Source: Candidatus Bathyarchaeota archaeon (GTDB taxonomy: Archaea > Thermoproteota > Bathyarchaeia > Bathyarchaeales > Bathycorpusculaceae). Taken from it: a stretch of 64,000 nt of DNA. This document shows, piece after piece, positions 49,888 to 61,300 of this stretch (positions are counted from its first letter, which is position 1; each line of letters starts with the position of its first letter). The notes under the pieces were generated by a model that had not been told where the DNA came from, made no database searches, and was given only the letters and a program-made list of their open reading frames with translations. A program made the translations under genes and the position numbers. The stretch lies in assembly GCA_963767735.1 (NCBI GenBank), contig CAVYES010000005.1, positions 416,001 through 480,000 on the forward strand, in the 5' to 3' direction.

Positions 49888-51632
49888 CTTTGTCCCAGGC
49901 GTGAATTCATACTTTTTTGACCTTGACTCTCGCAAATTTCTTTGATCATCTGTTGCTTTAAAACAGCCGTTAGTTGTGTCAGTTGAGTTTGTTCTAGTTG
50001 AGCTCGGTCTATGACTGTTATGTTGGATTGGGATAGTGCTTCTCTTGACATGACTTGGTCGGGGTTAAGTCCCCATGCGCGAATCATTTCTTTGAGGGCT
50101 TCAAGTTTGTTTAGGCGAGTTTTCGGTTTTATGCTTAGTCCTGAGGAGATGTATACGCCGCGGAGGTATTCTATGCCTTTCATGCGTATGTCGTGATAAG
50201 TGCTGATTGTGTGCCCCATCATGTATTCGATGTAATCGGTTTGAATGCTAAGTGATGCTAGTTGCGTGCGGAAGTATTTGCGAATGCTGTGAGCTCTTAG
50301 GTCATAGCGTCTTCCTCGAGGGTTGCTGGTGACTAGTCCTGCTTTGACGTAGAGGTTGTGGACAACTGAGTGAATTCTGCCTGTTGTTATTGATTTGGCA
50401 AGGTTGCTTTGTCCATCGCGTATTAATGGTGAGTTGTCGTGGATAATTTCTGGGTGTTTTCGTCCTGTTGGGCTGCCTTGTCTTCGTAAGTCCAAGTAGG
50501 CTTTGAGATATTCGGCTGCTTCCTGGTTTAGGAATGTGTCGTAGTCGTGATATTTGCCCTTGGTTATCTCTGATTCGACATGTACGTGGATTGGGATTAT
50601 GCCTTTTTCTAGGTCGCGTTTGACATGGCGATACTGCAGCTTGGATAGAGTGCCGATGCGAAATCCGCCTAACGCCAGTAGCGATATTATTACCCGTTCG
50701 CGTAGATCGGCTAAGTCGAGCATTTTTTGCAGCTCGTCAGGTGCTGGTGCTCTGTCTTCGTAGATGCTTCTTTTACTCAGATTGTATGGAAGTTCAAGTT
50801 TTAGTCCGTTGCAGCGGAATAATGCTTTGACGCCTTTAACGTGATTGCTTATGGTTCCTGGTGCCAAGTTTTCGGCTTGCAGGTTGGCGACGAAGTCATC
50901 TAGCATTCGGCTGGTCTGCGAAAGAGCTTTTGGTTTTGGGTCGCCGTCTTGGTCTTGGCAGGCTTTGACAAGTTGGTCGGGTTGGGTGTTTGTCCATAGG
51001 CTGAATCGGTGGACGCCGTAGATGTATTGGTAGAGGGTTGCTGGGCTTCCTGTTCTGTGACGTAAGAGGTGTTTTGCTAGTTCTATAGTCGTGGTGTTTT
51101 GGAAGGTTAAGGTTACGAGGCTTGGCATTCTGGTTAGTAATGCGTCGATTATGTATTGTTGGAGTTTTTTGTCTGCGGCTGTCTCTGCTTCAGGCAAGGT
51201 GAGAGTTAGTGGTTTTTGCAGTTTGTGACCTCGGGAGCTCTCCGTTATAATTACGGTTTTCATTTGTTTGCTCCCGTTCCTGTTTTTGTTTGGAGTTTTT
51301 CGCTTCTTTGGCTGAAGCGCATACTCTGCTTTACCTGTAGTTTCTTGAGAATTTAAGTGCCACTTTAAACTTTCTTGTAGTGGTAGCTTGCGGATTTCGA
51401 TGATGCAGCTCTTTAAAATAATTAGTCCGTTGCTTTGACCGCTGCATAGTTCAGCGTTGGGCATTGTTCTGTCGTGCTCGACGAGAATTATTTCGCTGTT
51501 TTCTTTCGATAACCAGCCGATGGTTTCCCTCTGCATTGCTTCTTCCATGGGTTGCTGAATGTTTTTGAAGAGAACGTGATCTTTATAGCGGATATAAACG
51601 GGTGAACCCAAGGAAAAAGCAAGAGAAGTCAC
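49833..51632 (-). CDS. Tyrosine integrase (possible internal start 51263), C-terminus overlapping the tRNA
   Basis: GFRIGTL, TKGK, HSIRKYF, YMMGH, TY motifs. Confidence 0.92.
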   Translation of the reverse strand: MTSLAFSLGSPVYIRYKDHVLFKNIQQPMEEAMQRETIGWLSKENSEIILVEHDRTMPNAELCSGQSNGLIILKSCIIEIRKLPLQESLKWHLNSQETTGKAEYALQPKKRKTPNKNRNGSKQMKTVIITESSRGHKLQKPLTLTLPEAETAADKKLQQYIIDALLTRMPSLVTLTFQNTTTIELAKHLLRHRTGSPATLYQYIYGVHRFSLWTNTQPDQLVKACQDQDGDPKPKALSQTSRMLDDFVANLQAENLAPGTISNHVKGVKALFRCNGLKLELPYNLSKRSIYEDRAPAPDELQKMLDLADLRERVIISLLALGGFRIGTLSKLQYRHVKRDLEKGIIPIHVHVESEITKGKYHDYDTFLNQEAAEYLKAYLDLRRQGSPTGRKHPEIIHDNSPLIRDGQSNLAKSITTGRIHSVVHNLYVKAGLVTSNPRGRRYDLRAHSIRKYFRTQLASLSIQTDYIEYMMGHTISTYHDIRMKGIEYLRGVYISSGLSIKPKTRLNKLEALKEMIRAWGLNPDQVMSREALSQSNITVIDRAQLEQTQLTQLTAVLKQQMIKEICESQGQKSMNSRLGQSSPGEIRTLVRGSRGPYA

Positions 51633-51666
51633 TATGTAACCTCGCGTTCCAGATTAAGTTTGGGTT

Positions 51667-52185
51667 TTAAAGGGAGCTCTTCTTTTGATCTGCATTGACG
51701 TAGTCAATCTTTTTGGGTCTTATTTTTCTGTAGACATTCATGAATGCGTATATGGCGCCTTCCCAGAAAGCATCAGGAGCATCTGATGGGTAAGCTATGC
51801 TGTTGTCTCGGCAAAAACCACCCATCATGTGTTGCATTCCTCTTATTGCTCGATATATTGTGACGGGAGAAGGCGAAGGTGAATCGGCAGATACGATGCC
51901 TTCTCCGATCTCCGAAATGGTTCCGCTCACATGTGGATACCATGTGTCAAATTCTTTCAGAGACATTTTTGGCGCTATCTGGTAGAAAAGTATCTGGCCT
52001 TGTTTGTAGGCTTCATTGCTTTCTGCTTTAAGCTTTTCAAGCAGTGATGCTATGTCTATATGGCTGCGCGTATCTATGTAATCTATGACTGCTTTTCGGC
52101 AGATTTCGGACCAGTTTACTTCAGGATATTTTTCCATGTTTGCGGCTATTTCATCGGAGAGATAAATTGTTACATTTTTGGGGAT
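51667..52185 (-). CDS. Ribbon-helix-helix-type DNA-binding protein
   Basis: PKNVTIYLSDEI..PEVNWSEICRKAV; frame begins at ATC after GGAGG. Confidence 0.7.
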   Translation of the reverse strand: MPKNVTIYLSDEIAANMEKYPEVNWSEICRKAVIDYIDTRSHIDIASLLEKLKAESNEAYKQGQILFYQIAPKMSLKEFDTWYPHVSGTISEIGEGIVSADSPSPSPVTIYRAIRGMQHMMGGFCRDNSIAYPSDAPDAFWEGAIYAFMNVYRKIRPKKIDYVNADQKKSSL

Positions 52186-52279
52186 TTTTGATTCCTCCGT
52201 TATCTGAATGCATACTGCACAGTCTTATGATATAAAGTATTCTGTGTATTCTGTGGGTAAATGTCTTTTCTGAAAATGT

Positions 52280-52519
52280 TCAATGCATCGATTGTACAAT
52301 CTCGCTGAACAAGTTGAATTCCGCTAAATCATCAACAGTCTCATTTGAAATCCCGCGTAAAAGCAATGCTTTTCGAGTCATCTTTATTCTGCTCTTCACT
52401 TGTCGTTTTCTTCGCCGGAAGTACTCAATCCTGTGTGCTGGGCAGCAGTAGCGTGCTTTCAGACTTTTAGCTGAAAAGGGCTTGAAGCAGTATATGCATA
52501 GTCTCTCGCGTTGAACCAT
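52280..52519 (-). CDS. Small zinc-finger protein
   Basis: CIYC.KPF..ARYCC.AHR, basic tail. Confidence 0.65.
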   Translation of the reverse strand: MVQRERLCIYCFKPFSAKSLKARYCCPAHRIEYFRRRKRQVKSRIKMTRKALLLRGISNETVDDLAEFNLFSEIVQSMH

Positions 52520-53170
52520 ATCTAAGCCTTAAAAATACAATGATGCTAAGCAGATTAGAATCTTATTGACAAGCAAATAGCAAAATTGTTACATTAGCCA
52601 CTCTGTCATATCCCCATTTACCCGCTGCGTAGAAGGAAATATGTAACGGTTTTTTTGAGAGGCATATTCAGCTGGTTTTAGCGGTTTTTCTCTTGAAGAA
52701 ATCTCAAAGTGCTTGTAACTATTCTTTCAGTTAATATGACTACCCCCCGTTTCATGACAAATGCTGCCAAAGTGATGTAACGATTTTTTCACTTGGGGGA
52801 TGCAGCCCCTATAATAGTGCAAAAAGGTGCAAAAGTTCTGTGACGCTTCTTTAGAAAAATGTTCTTCCGCTAGTTCCAAAACAAATTTTAGGTTAAGGGT
52901 TCGGGTTACTGAGAAAAACTGTTGAGTTGTTCTGTTGATTTTTCAGTGTGCACCTGATTAAATAGAGTCTTCTAAAATTGTGGACGAACTACGTGTTAAA
53001 ATAGGCGGTTATTAACGTGGTGCCTTCTGGGATTTCGGGTATTGAGCAGGTGACAAAAAGTTTATTTAGTGACCGATATTGTGTTCTAATCAATGGTTAA
53101 AGCATGTGTAAATTTGTCTTCTTTATGCGGTTTTTCCGCTGAAAACGTTGATTTGTAGGGATGGAAAAGC

Positions 53171-53818
53171 TTGGAAAACGAACATTTTCCTGGAATAAGC
53201 GAATTAATGGACTTTCAGCTCCCCCGTAAGCAGTGTTTCAGCAACAAAGCAGGCCATTTTAATGCAAACAAGGCATCTTATCGCAAGGTTTCGGTCTATA
53301 CTAAGAGTATGAAGCGATACTTGAAGGAGAGAGAGCGAAGACGGCAGGTGCGGCTTCTCGCTGAAGCGGGGCATACGCAAAAGCAAATCGCGAGTGAGCT
53401 GGGTGTTTCTACTCGGACCATTAAACGAGACTGGAATAAAATACATTCATACGTTAAAGGTCAAACCCGCAAAGAGATTAGACAAGTTGTAGATGAGCGG
53501 CAAGCAGAGTTTGAGCGGCGGTACGAAGGATTAACTGCCAATGAAGAGCTTAAGCTTCTAAAACAAGATATTAAGGAAGCGTCTAAGATGGCACGAGCAT
53601 TGCAAGGAAGCACAAGGCGAAGAGAGTTGAAACAGCAAACCTTTCGGCAATTAGATTACACTTTTGATCTCGACCACCTGACAACTGACGGTTTTCCACG
53701 TGTAATGGCTCCCCCTGACGGCTGCACTCAACTTTCGAGAGGGCTTATCAAAATGCAGTTTTACGCCTTGAAAAACGGAGAAAAAAGAGAACTCCTCAAC
53801 ATCAGCATTTCAAAGTAG
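53171..53818 (+). CDS. HTH domain protein
   Basis: GHTQKQIASELGVSTRTIKRD. Confidence 0.8.
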   Translation: MENEHFPGISELMDFQLPRKQCFSNKAGHFNANKASYRKVSVYTKSMKRYLKERERRRQVRLLAEAGHTQKQIASELGVSTRTIKRDWNKIHSYVKGQTRKEIRQVVDERQAEFERRYEGLTANEELKLLKQDIKEASKMARALQGSTRRRELKQQTFRQLDYTFDLDHLTTDGFPRVMAPPDGCTQLSRGLIKMQFYALKNGEKRELLNISISK

Positions 53819-54181
53819 GCTGCTTATCCTTTCCACTAAGGTCTCGATATTTAACTTCTACATGGTTAATCTAACGATATTGATCTTCTCGGAAAATAAA
53901 CTTGGGACATCATTATTTTAGGTCACCAAATACACTAGTGGAGCCTTAAATAGTTGGTTCAGCAATCATGGCAAATTCCGTATAGTCTTGGCGTTTTTCC
54001 CGGGCTTTTTTCTCTAGCACAAAGTTCGGAACGATATTTACTATTTTTTAGCTCATTTTAGTCAGGTTGGTTACTCAAAAGAAATCGACTTCTGACCTAA
54101 AATATATATAGAAAACTTCCCGCAATTTAATAAAGATATAAATTAAGACATTCGATACATCTACCCGGGATTGAAGGCTAT

Positions 54182-56260
54182 TTGAAAGTGGAATCGGTGC
54201 GAAAAGCAAGACAGACTACTTTTCAAAGAGGTTCCACAATGAACGCAGCAATTGTTAGAGCTAACTTGAAAGCTCCAACAAATCTAAAGACCATTTTTCA
54301 AGACATTAGAAATCATTTGGCAGGAATGGCAACTGGTATTACTAGGGATGAAGCATTAGCTCAAGAAATAATCTATCTTCTTTTCTGTAAAATATATGAT
54401 GAAATGAAAACTTTACCAACTGAAAAAGTCACTTTTCAGTTCTTTGCAGACGATTCCTCAACTCATGTTAAGGAAAGGGTAATAAGTTTATTCGAAACGA
54501 AGGTTAAAACTGAATATTCCGACGTCTTTCACACAGATGACCACATAAATCTTGACGAAGAGTCCCTTACTTATGTTGTCAAAAAACTACAAAATCTTTG
54601 TATTAATGATGCTGAAAGGGACGTTATTACCGAAGCATTTGAAGTATTTATTGGGCCAGCTCTCAGAGGCGGGGAAGGGCAGTTTTTTACACCTCTTAAT
54701 GTAATAAAAATGATGGTGGAAATGCTTAATCCGGCAGTTGGAGAATCATTAATTGATCCCGCCTGTGGCAGCGGAGCTATTTTAGTTTCAGCATTGGATA
54801 AGGTGTGGTCAGCTTTTGACGTAAGCAATCTATTGCGTGATTTGCCAACTGAAGCGATGACGATTGAAAAGAAGAAGGCAGCAGGTTATCTCGTAGGTAT
54901 AGATAAAGATAGATTTCTTGCGAGAGTAACAAGAGCCTATATGGCTATAGTTGGTGATGGGCGGAGAGGCGTTTTTTGCGAAAATAGCTTGGAAATTCCT
55001 TCTTGTTGGCATCAGGAAACTCAAGAAAGAGTGAAGTTGGGTGGATTCGATATTGTTGCAACCAATCCGCCACATGGTTCAAAAATTCAAGTCAAAGGCA
55101 AAAGAGTTTTGGAACAATACGATCTAGCAAAAATCTGGAAAAAAGATAAAGACTCAAAAAAATGGTCAATTTCTGGTCTGACGAAAGACGTTCAGTCTCC
55201 TCAAGTCCTTTTCATTGAACGTTGTCTTCAGCTCCTCAAGCCTGGAGGACGAATGGGAATAATTCTCCCAGAGAGTTTGTTTGGAAGTTCACTTCACGGA
55301 TACATAATGGCTTGGCTTAGAGAAAGGGCAAAGTTCATAGCCTTGGTTTCCATGCCAGAAGAACTATTTCAACCATACACTCATAATAAGACATGTGTGG
55401 CTATTATCGAAAAAACAACCGCTAACTATGACTACCCTATATTCATGGCAGTTGCAGATTGGTGTGGTCATGATTCAAGAGGTAACCCAGTTCCTTATGA
55501 TGACACCTCCAAGATAACTGAAAAATTCAAAGAATTTCAATCAAATCCCGACGACTTCATTAATGGTAAACTAGGCTTTGTCCACAATCTATCCAAAATA
55601 AAAGGAGAAATTTTTGTTCCAAAGTATTATGATCCTGAAATAGATCAGGAATTAGAGAATCTTGGACGAACTCACGATTTATTAGAAATAGGACAACTCG
55701 TCAAGGAAAAGGTTATAACAGTTTCAACAGGGGTAGAAATTGGTAGGCTTTCTTATGGAACGGGTACTATACCGTTTGTTCGAACTTCTGACATTAGTAA
55801 TTGGGAACTGAAAATTGATCCAAAACATGGTGTCAGTAAAGAAATTTATGAAGAAAATGTCTCAAAAGCAGATGTTAAAGAGCATGACATATTGATGGTG
55901 AGAGATGGAAGTTATCTGATTGGAACAGTCTGCATGATAACAAAATTTGATACCAAGATTCTATTTCAAAGCCATATCTGTCGATTACGCATAACCAAAC
56001 CTGGTGTTCTTTCTCCTTTCTTATTGCTTGTTGCATTGAATTCCCCAATAGTCAAAAAACAAATAAGGGCGAAACAGTTTACCCAAAACATCATTGATTC
56101 TCTGGGGAACAGAGTAATGGAACTGATAATTCCAATCCCTAAAGATAGCAACCTAAGAGCTTTTTTGACAAGTGAAGCTCAAAGAGTTGTTGAAGAAAGG
56201 GCAAAACTTAGAGAGAAGGCGCGGCAGCTCTCAACACAAGTGATGGGGCAATTAGATTAA
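54182..56260 (+). CDS. N6-adenine DNA methyltransferase (HsdM-like) fused to a TRD/HsdS-like domain
   Basis: GQFFTP, DPACGSG, TNPPHG, C-terminal IPFVRTSDI..IIPIP. Confidence 0.9.
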   Translation: MKVESVRKARQTTFQRGSTMNAAIVRANLKAPTNLKTIFQDIRNHLAGMATGITRDEALAQEIIYLLFCKIYDEMKTLPTEKVTFQFFADDSSTHVKERVISLFETKVKTEYSDVFHTDDHINLDEESLTYVVKKLQNLCINDAERDVITEAFEVFIGPALRGGEGQFFTPLNVIKMMVEMLNPAVGESLIDPACGSGAILVSALDKVWSAFDVSNLLRDLPTEAMTIEKKKAAGYLVGIDKDRFLARVTRAYMAIVGDGRRGVFCENSLEIPSCWHQETQERVKLGGFDIVATNPPHGSKIQVKGKRVLEQYDLAKIWKKDKDSKKWSISGLTKDVQSPQVLFIERCLQLLKPGGRMGIILPESLFGSSLHGYIMAWLRERAKFIALVSMPEELFQPYTHNKTCVAIIEKTTANYDYPIFMAVADWCGHDSRGNPVPYDDTSKITEKFKEFQSNPDDFINGKLGFVHNLSKIKGEIFVPKYYDPEIDQELENLGRTHDLLEIGQLVKEKVITVSTGVEIGRLSYGTGTIPFVRTSDISNWELKIDPKHGVSKEIYEENVSKADVKEHDILMVRDGSYLIGTVCMITKFDTKILFQSHICRLRITKPGVLSPFLLLVALNSPIVKKQIRAKQFTQNIIDSLGNRVMELIIPIPKDSNLRAFLTSEAQRVVEERAKLREKARQLSTQVMGQLD

Positions 56261-56280
56261 TGTCTGCCTCAAATCATTGA

Positions 56281-57393
56281 TTATTTGTTTAGGTATTTTT
56301 CATAATTCTTCCATATCTTTGAAATTAATTCTCTTGTTTCATTCAAAGAAAGGCTTCCTTGAATACGGTTGCCATTTGCCGAGAGCCAACTAATGTTTTG
56401 TGCCGTATGACCCACCTTTGGGTCATCAGTAATCATCTTAAGTGGATTTAAATGTCCTACGTGAAAGTTGGATCTCCCATGAAATGGACTTAAAACTTCT
56501 TTCTCAAATTCCGCGAATTGAAGCGCGCTCAAAGTAACTGGACACCTTGCTGTTTCTCTATAATCAGAAATTAATTCTTCTTTTTTCAACAGATTACGTA
56601 ACTCCGAAGGAAATCCTTCAAAACAACATAATTGCGATATTAGTTCTCGTTCTATTTCAAGGCAGGTCTGTCTAAAGGCAAAATGTACAGACTCCGGATG
56701 AACTTCCCATCGTTTCTCTCTATTTGTCTTATGCTTTCCGGTCTGAACCCTATCGGTAAGATATGCTTTAACCTTGATTTTGTCTTTCAATATAAAAGAA
56801 AATAATTTAGCCTTTGGGTTCTTTTTTGCGTTAAGTAGAATTTCTCTCAGACGTAACGTTTTCTGATACTTCTCAGCCCATATCCATGAGATATTCTCGG
56901 GACAATGGATATTTTGAAGCGATTTATTTCTGGCTGGAGAATCTACATAATCAAAAGGTATTTCATAGGGCAACACATTGTATTTTTCGAACAATTTTAA
57001 CAATCTTACCACTCCCGGGTCACCAATAGCAGACTTAAGGTCGTTTATCGACTTCAACCAGATTTTTAAACAATTTTCAAATGTGGAAAATCGGGGATCT
57101 GAGTCATCGAATCTTTCCTGTTTTTTTCCTTTTGAAATTTTTATTGCCCATCTGACTTCCATCTTTGTTGAGGATATATCGTCGTTAACAAGTTCAATCA
57201 AGAAGATATTTCTTACAAGACTTGTGATTACATATCTATAGGTGGATTGACCGAGTTTCTCTTTTGTTGAAGAAAGTATTTCTGAGCTGGATTGGTATTT
57301 TTCCAAAAAACTGTGTACCTGCTCAAACATCTCTTTTCCGCTGAACCTCTTTTTCTCTGTCAATTCTTGAAGAGACCGTTTCATTCGTTCCAA
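56281..57393 (-). CDS. Putative HNH-type restriction endonuclease
   Basis: RCPVT..FHVGHLNP..H...N.......N; convergent with the MTase. Confidence 0.7.
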   Translation of the reverse strand: MERMKRSLQELTEKKRFSGKEMFEQVHSFLEKYQSSSEILSSTKEKLGQSTYRYVITSLVRNIFLIELVNDDISSTKMEVRWAIKISKGKKQERFDDSDPRFSTFENCLKIWLKSINDLKSAIGDPGVVRLLKLFEKYNVLPYEIPFDYVDSPARNKSLQNIHCPENISWIWAEKYQKTLRLREILLNAKKNPKAKLFSFILKDKIKVKAYLTDRVQTGKHKTNREKRWEVHPESVHFAFRQTCLEIERELISQLCCFEGFPSELRNLLKKEELISDYRETARCPVTLSALQFAEFEKEVLSPFHGRSNFHVGHLNPLKMITDDPKVGHTAQNISWLSANGNRIQGSLSLNETRELISKIWKNYEKYLNK

Positions 57394-57441
57394 CTACTTC
57401 CTGCCCCTTCAGTGCTGTAACGGAATCGATACAAATTGATA

Positions 57442-57468
57442 GTTACCAGATAGTGGAAAGTTGGTAAC
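57442..57468. promoter_or_regulatory. Inverted-repeat operator candidate GTTACCA-N13-TGGTAAC
   Basis: Lies between the divergent nuclease and wHTH genes. Confidence 0.5.
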
Positions 57469-57520
57469 CAACTGGTCACAAGTCATATACCTAATGCTCA
57501 CCAAACTGATTGCGAGACAA

Positions 57521-57784
57521 ATGGATTGGAGTGACTACGGTTACATCATTGCGAGCAACTATCGAGTAAAAGTAATTAAGGCCCTTTTGTTGCATCCGAA
57601 AACACCCAAACAGCTTTCCTTAGAGACTCAAATAGGCATCACCCATGTAAGTAGAACGATTAAGGAACTATCTTTGCGCGAATTAGTTTTTTGCTCAAAT
57701 CCTAAAGACTTGAAAGGTAAGGTCTTTGGTCTTACCGATAAAGGCAGAGAATTAGCTGTAGTAATCGCAAAAGATGATAATTAA
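57521..57784 (+). CDS. Winged-helix (MarR/ArsR-like) regulator
   Basis: SNYRVKVI..PKTP..HVSRTIKEL..LTDKG. Confidence 0.85.
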   Translation: MDWSDYGYIIASNYRVKVIKALLLHPKTPKQLSLETQIGITHVSRTIKELSLRELVFCSNPKDLKGKVFGLTDKGRELAVVIAKDDN

Positions 57785-58379
57785 TAATAAACGGTTTATT
57801 CAAGAAGTGAAAACTAAGTATTTAAAATGGCTTTGCGAATATTTCACCTTATTCCATTAAAACTTTTATTCAGAAAGGCTTCCCTTTTTTCATAAATTGT
57901 AAATTTTTTCTTAAGTAAAGAGTCAATGTAGAATGGGTGAGTGTTTTGGATCTCTATCAGATTCAGGTTTATCTCGGGAAAGCTGGGAAGAAAGAGCGCA
58001 GAATAATTTTGTGCCGAGAAAGAATTAAATTAATGATAAAAGACAACTCTTGGCAGGAAAAATCACTTCAACGCAATTCAGCAAGCGATTACATCGGCAA
58101 GATACTACGTTGCACAAAAAAATTCAAAAAGACATTTCCCTAAATCCTTAAAATGATATGTAAATATTTGGACAATGAAAAGCAACTGAGGCGGAATGAA
58201 GACGGAGATTAATGTGGATAGATTGCGCCGATCTTTAAATTTCATAGTTCTCGGTTCTGGAGACAGTGTTTCAATTAATATCGGGTGCAAAGGGTAAATA
58301 GCACTTTTGCTTGTGATTTTGGCTTTGAAGAAAAGAAACTTTCAAAGATTGTTTAGATATTTTCTAACGCTAAATACAG

Positions 58380-61300
58380 TTAACAATTAAACGTCTTATT
58401 TACAAGATCCTTTATTTCGTTAGAATTTATTCCACCTTTTTCCGTGTCCTTGGTAACTATCAAAATTCCTCGTTTTCCTTTGCCTTCTTCTATCGGAAGA
58501 ATACCTTGAGACGTATACCATTCAAGTTTCTTTTTCCACTTCTTCCGATAATTCTCTTCATAGTACATTCCTAGATGTTCCCAAAGATATAATTGACCAG
58601 ATTCATCTTCAATGGTGAAATCTGGATATCGGACTAGACCATCGTCACCAATGAACTGCTTTTCATATGAATACCTAATGTGTTCCGAGTCTAAGTTGTC
58701 GGCAATTATTACTTCGGACTTTGACCTAACAGTCTCTCCACGTCTTGTGCGATGGATTAAGCTATCTTCGAAGAAACGATCTTCAACCAAAACCAAATCT
58801 GGATCTTGGAATAGATTTGTATATCGTCTTGCTGTTTCTGAAAAGGTTTCTGAAGAGTATTTCTTAAATTCACTCCAGTTTCCTTGGTGAAGTATAACCA
58901 AACGATCTCGTTGGCGAGTTAAGGCAGTATAGAGTAATTCTCTGGAAAGCAATTTGCAATGATTCGGCAGAATAAGAAAACAAATATTGAATTCGCTTCC
59001 TTGAGATTTATGAACAGTGATTGCATACGCTAATTCGAGGGGTGGGTTTTCTTCGTCGCCGAAATCTGAACCCTTAAAAGAATAACTGAAGTTGGGTTGC
59101 GATGAAAACTCAACATTTACTGGTAAAGGTCCAGACCATTTATCATACTTTCCTCTAAACTTTCCCACAACAGTTCCTATTTCCCCGTTGGCAACATACT
59201 GCAAAGCATCTTCTTTAGGCCAGACAGAAAATCGCCTATGATTAAAAGTGTTAATTACTTTGTCGCCGTAAACTATCCTATCGGGCCCCAACGGTTTCGG
59301 TATGGACTTTTTTCGAAAATCATATGCGAGATCGATGGTGCGAGAACGGAATTGTTTCTGCACAAGTCTATTAATATCCCTAACTCCGTAAGTATTACCT
59401 TTAACAGGCGAAAGAATTTGCCACTTTTCAGCCCAGTTCGAGCAACCATTATTAAAATAAACATACTGCCCGCTTTGCTTGCCTCCAAGTGACACCTCAA
59501 AATGGATACTATCCGAAGAATTAACCAAATTTAGTTCTTTGACTAAAACCTCAAGAATTTTTTCGAAAATCTCATTTTCAGTATCCCATTGAGACATTGA
59601 GAGATGTTGAAGCAAATTGGTTCCATTGATATCATTGAATATTTCGTCTCCTCCCGGGCCTAAGTCTCGACCGCTATACCAATCAGCGAGCTCTAAATCT
59701 TCGCGCCTTTTTCCTACTTGGCGGCGGCGCACAGTTAATTCAGCATAAGCCGAACCAACTTTTGGAAAAGTAGTTTCTATGTTTTGGGGGGTACAAAGAG
59801 CTATTATATCAACAAAAGGTCGTCCGGCTCCAATTGGCGGAAGCTGTCTTGGATCTCCGACTAAAACATAACGATCAACACCAGTGAGGGAATCAAAAAG
59901 TGCAGCAAGCATCTCTTCCGTAAGCATTGAAGCTTCATCAACAACCACTGTCTTATAGTCTTCAACTGGCTCCGCTTCCGATAACTTATAAATCCCCGTG
60001 TTTTCATCGAAACGTCTTGAGGGGCGAAGGAACTGTGCAATAGTTTGTGCCGGAAGACCAGTTGCTTGTTGCATCTTTACTCTAGCTTTCCCAGTTGGAG
60101 CTAACAATAAAATTCCGCCTGCATTGATTTCAGGGTGATGACATAACGTAGAAACCACCAATTTTGTTTTCCCTGTGCCTGCAGGACCTATTAAAACTGA
60201 AAGTCGGCTTTCACCTAACTCTTTTAAAGCCGCAACTTTCTCCTCTCTTGCATGTTTTTCGTCTTGATTATCTGCTGCTTGAACACCTTTTTCTTTCAAC
60301 TCTCCGTTTAGCATCTGAGACCAAACCTTAAGCGATCCCTTTGCCAGACTATTCCTGCTACCGCCAATTCTCTTTTTAACAGTTTTTCGTATTATACTAT
60401 CCATTTGAGATAATCTATTCAATTGGTAAGCACGTTTGCCATCTTTCATTTTGGCCAAAGAAACAATAGGATCGAACTTATCATCAAGCACAGCGAGCAA
60501 ATCCTCGTCGATTGGACAAATAGGATCGAGATCGCTGTCGCGAATATAATTTATTACTTGGGATTGTGGAAGCAAAGTATGGCCTTCAAGAGCAGAGTTC
60601 TCTAACGTATTGACGATTAAAGCCCTGACTCTGCGCCAATCTGTTGCATCATTTATCAAAGATGGTTCAGGAATTGGATGTTTTGAGCGAACTATCTTAT
60701 CAGGGAATAAACCGTGATCAATTGTTGCTAAACTGATAGGAGATTGTGAATATCTGTCAAGTTCGAATAGAAGATAAGGGTTACGTAATAAGTCAGAATC
60801 TGAACAATCAATTCCTGATTTATTTCTATCTTCTTTCACGTAAAATCTAGTCGCTTGTTCTGAATTAAGCTCAAAACGACTAAGTAGCTTCAGCAAAGAT
60901 TTTCTTTGGTCTGGAAGATTCTTCCACTTTAATTGAAGCGATAAAGAGATCTGTGGCGAAACTTCATCTGACAGTAATTGTGGATGACAAAATACTTGAT
61001 TAACAAGCGGCCAAGGATCTTCATTTTCATCAATTTTCGAAAATATTTCTTCAGCAACAAAATACGATTGCTGGACGCCAAAGGCGCTTAAGGCTGCACC
61101 TAAGCCTGGACAGGGACCTCGCCTTGTCCACAGCTCAATAAGCCGATCATTAATCCATTTAAATTGGCCATCAAAATGGCCCTCAACTTTTTCGGATATT
61201 TTTCTCAAGGAATTAGCACAAGATAAAAGAGCACTAATAGCGGCATCATGTGTAACGTGTTCAGTTGCATAAGAAAACTCCTCATGGCGATCGTTCGGAG

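Noticed and set aside
53914-54104. 12-bp inverted repeat TATTTTAGGTCA / TGACCTAAAATA as a MITE
   Set aside because: AT-rich and short, with no clear target duplication or second copy.
57800-58370. Short ORFs between the wHTH and RecD-like genes
   Set aside because: Fragmentary with no motif; possibly a gene relic but unsupported.
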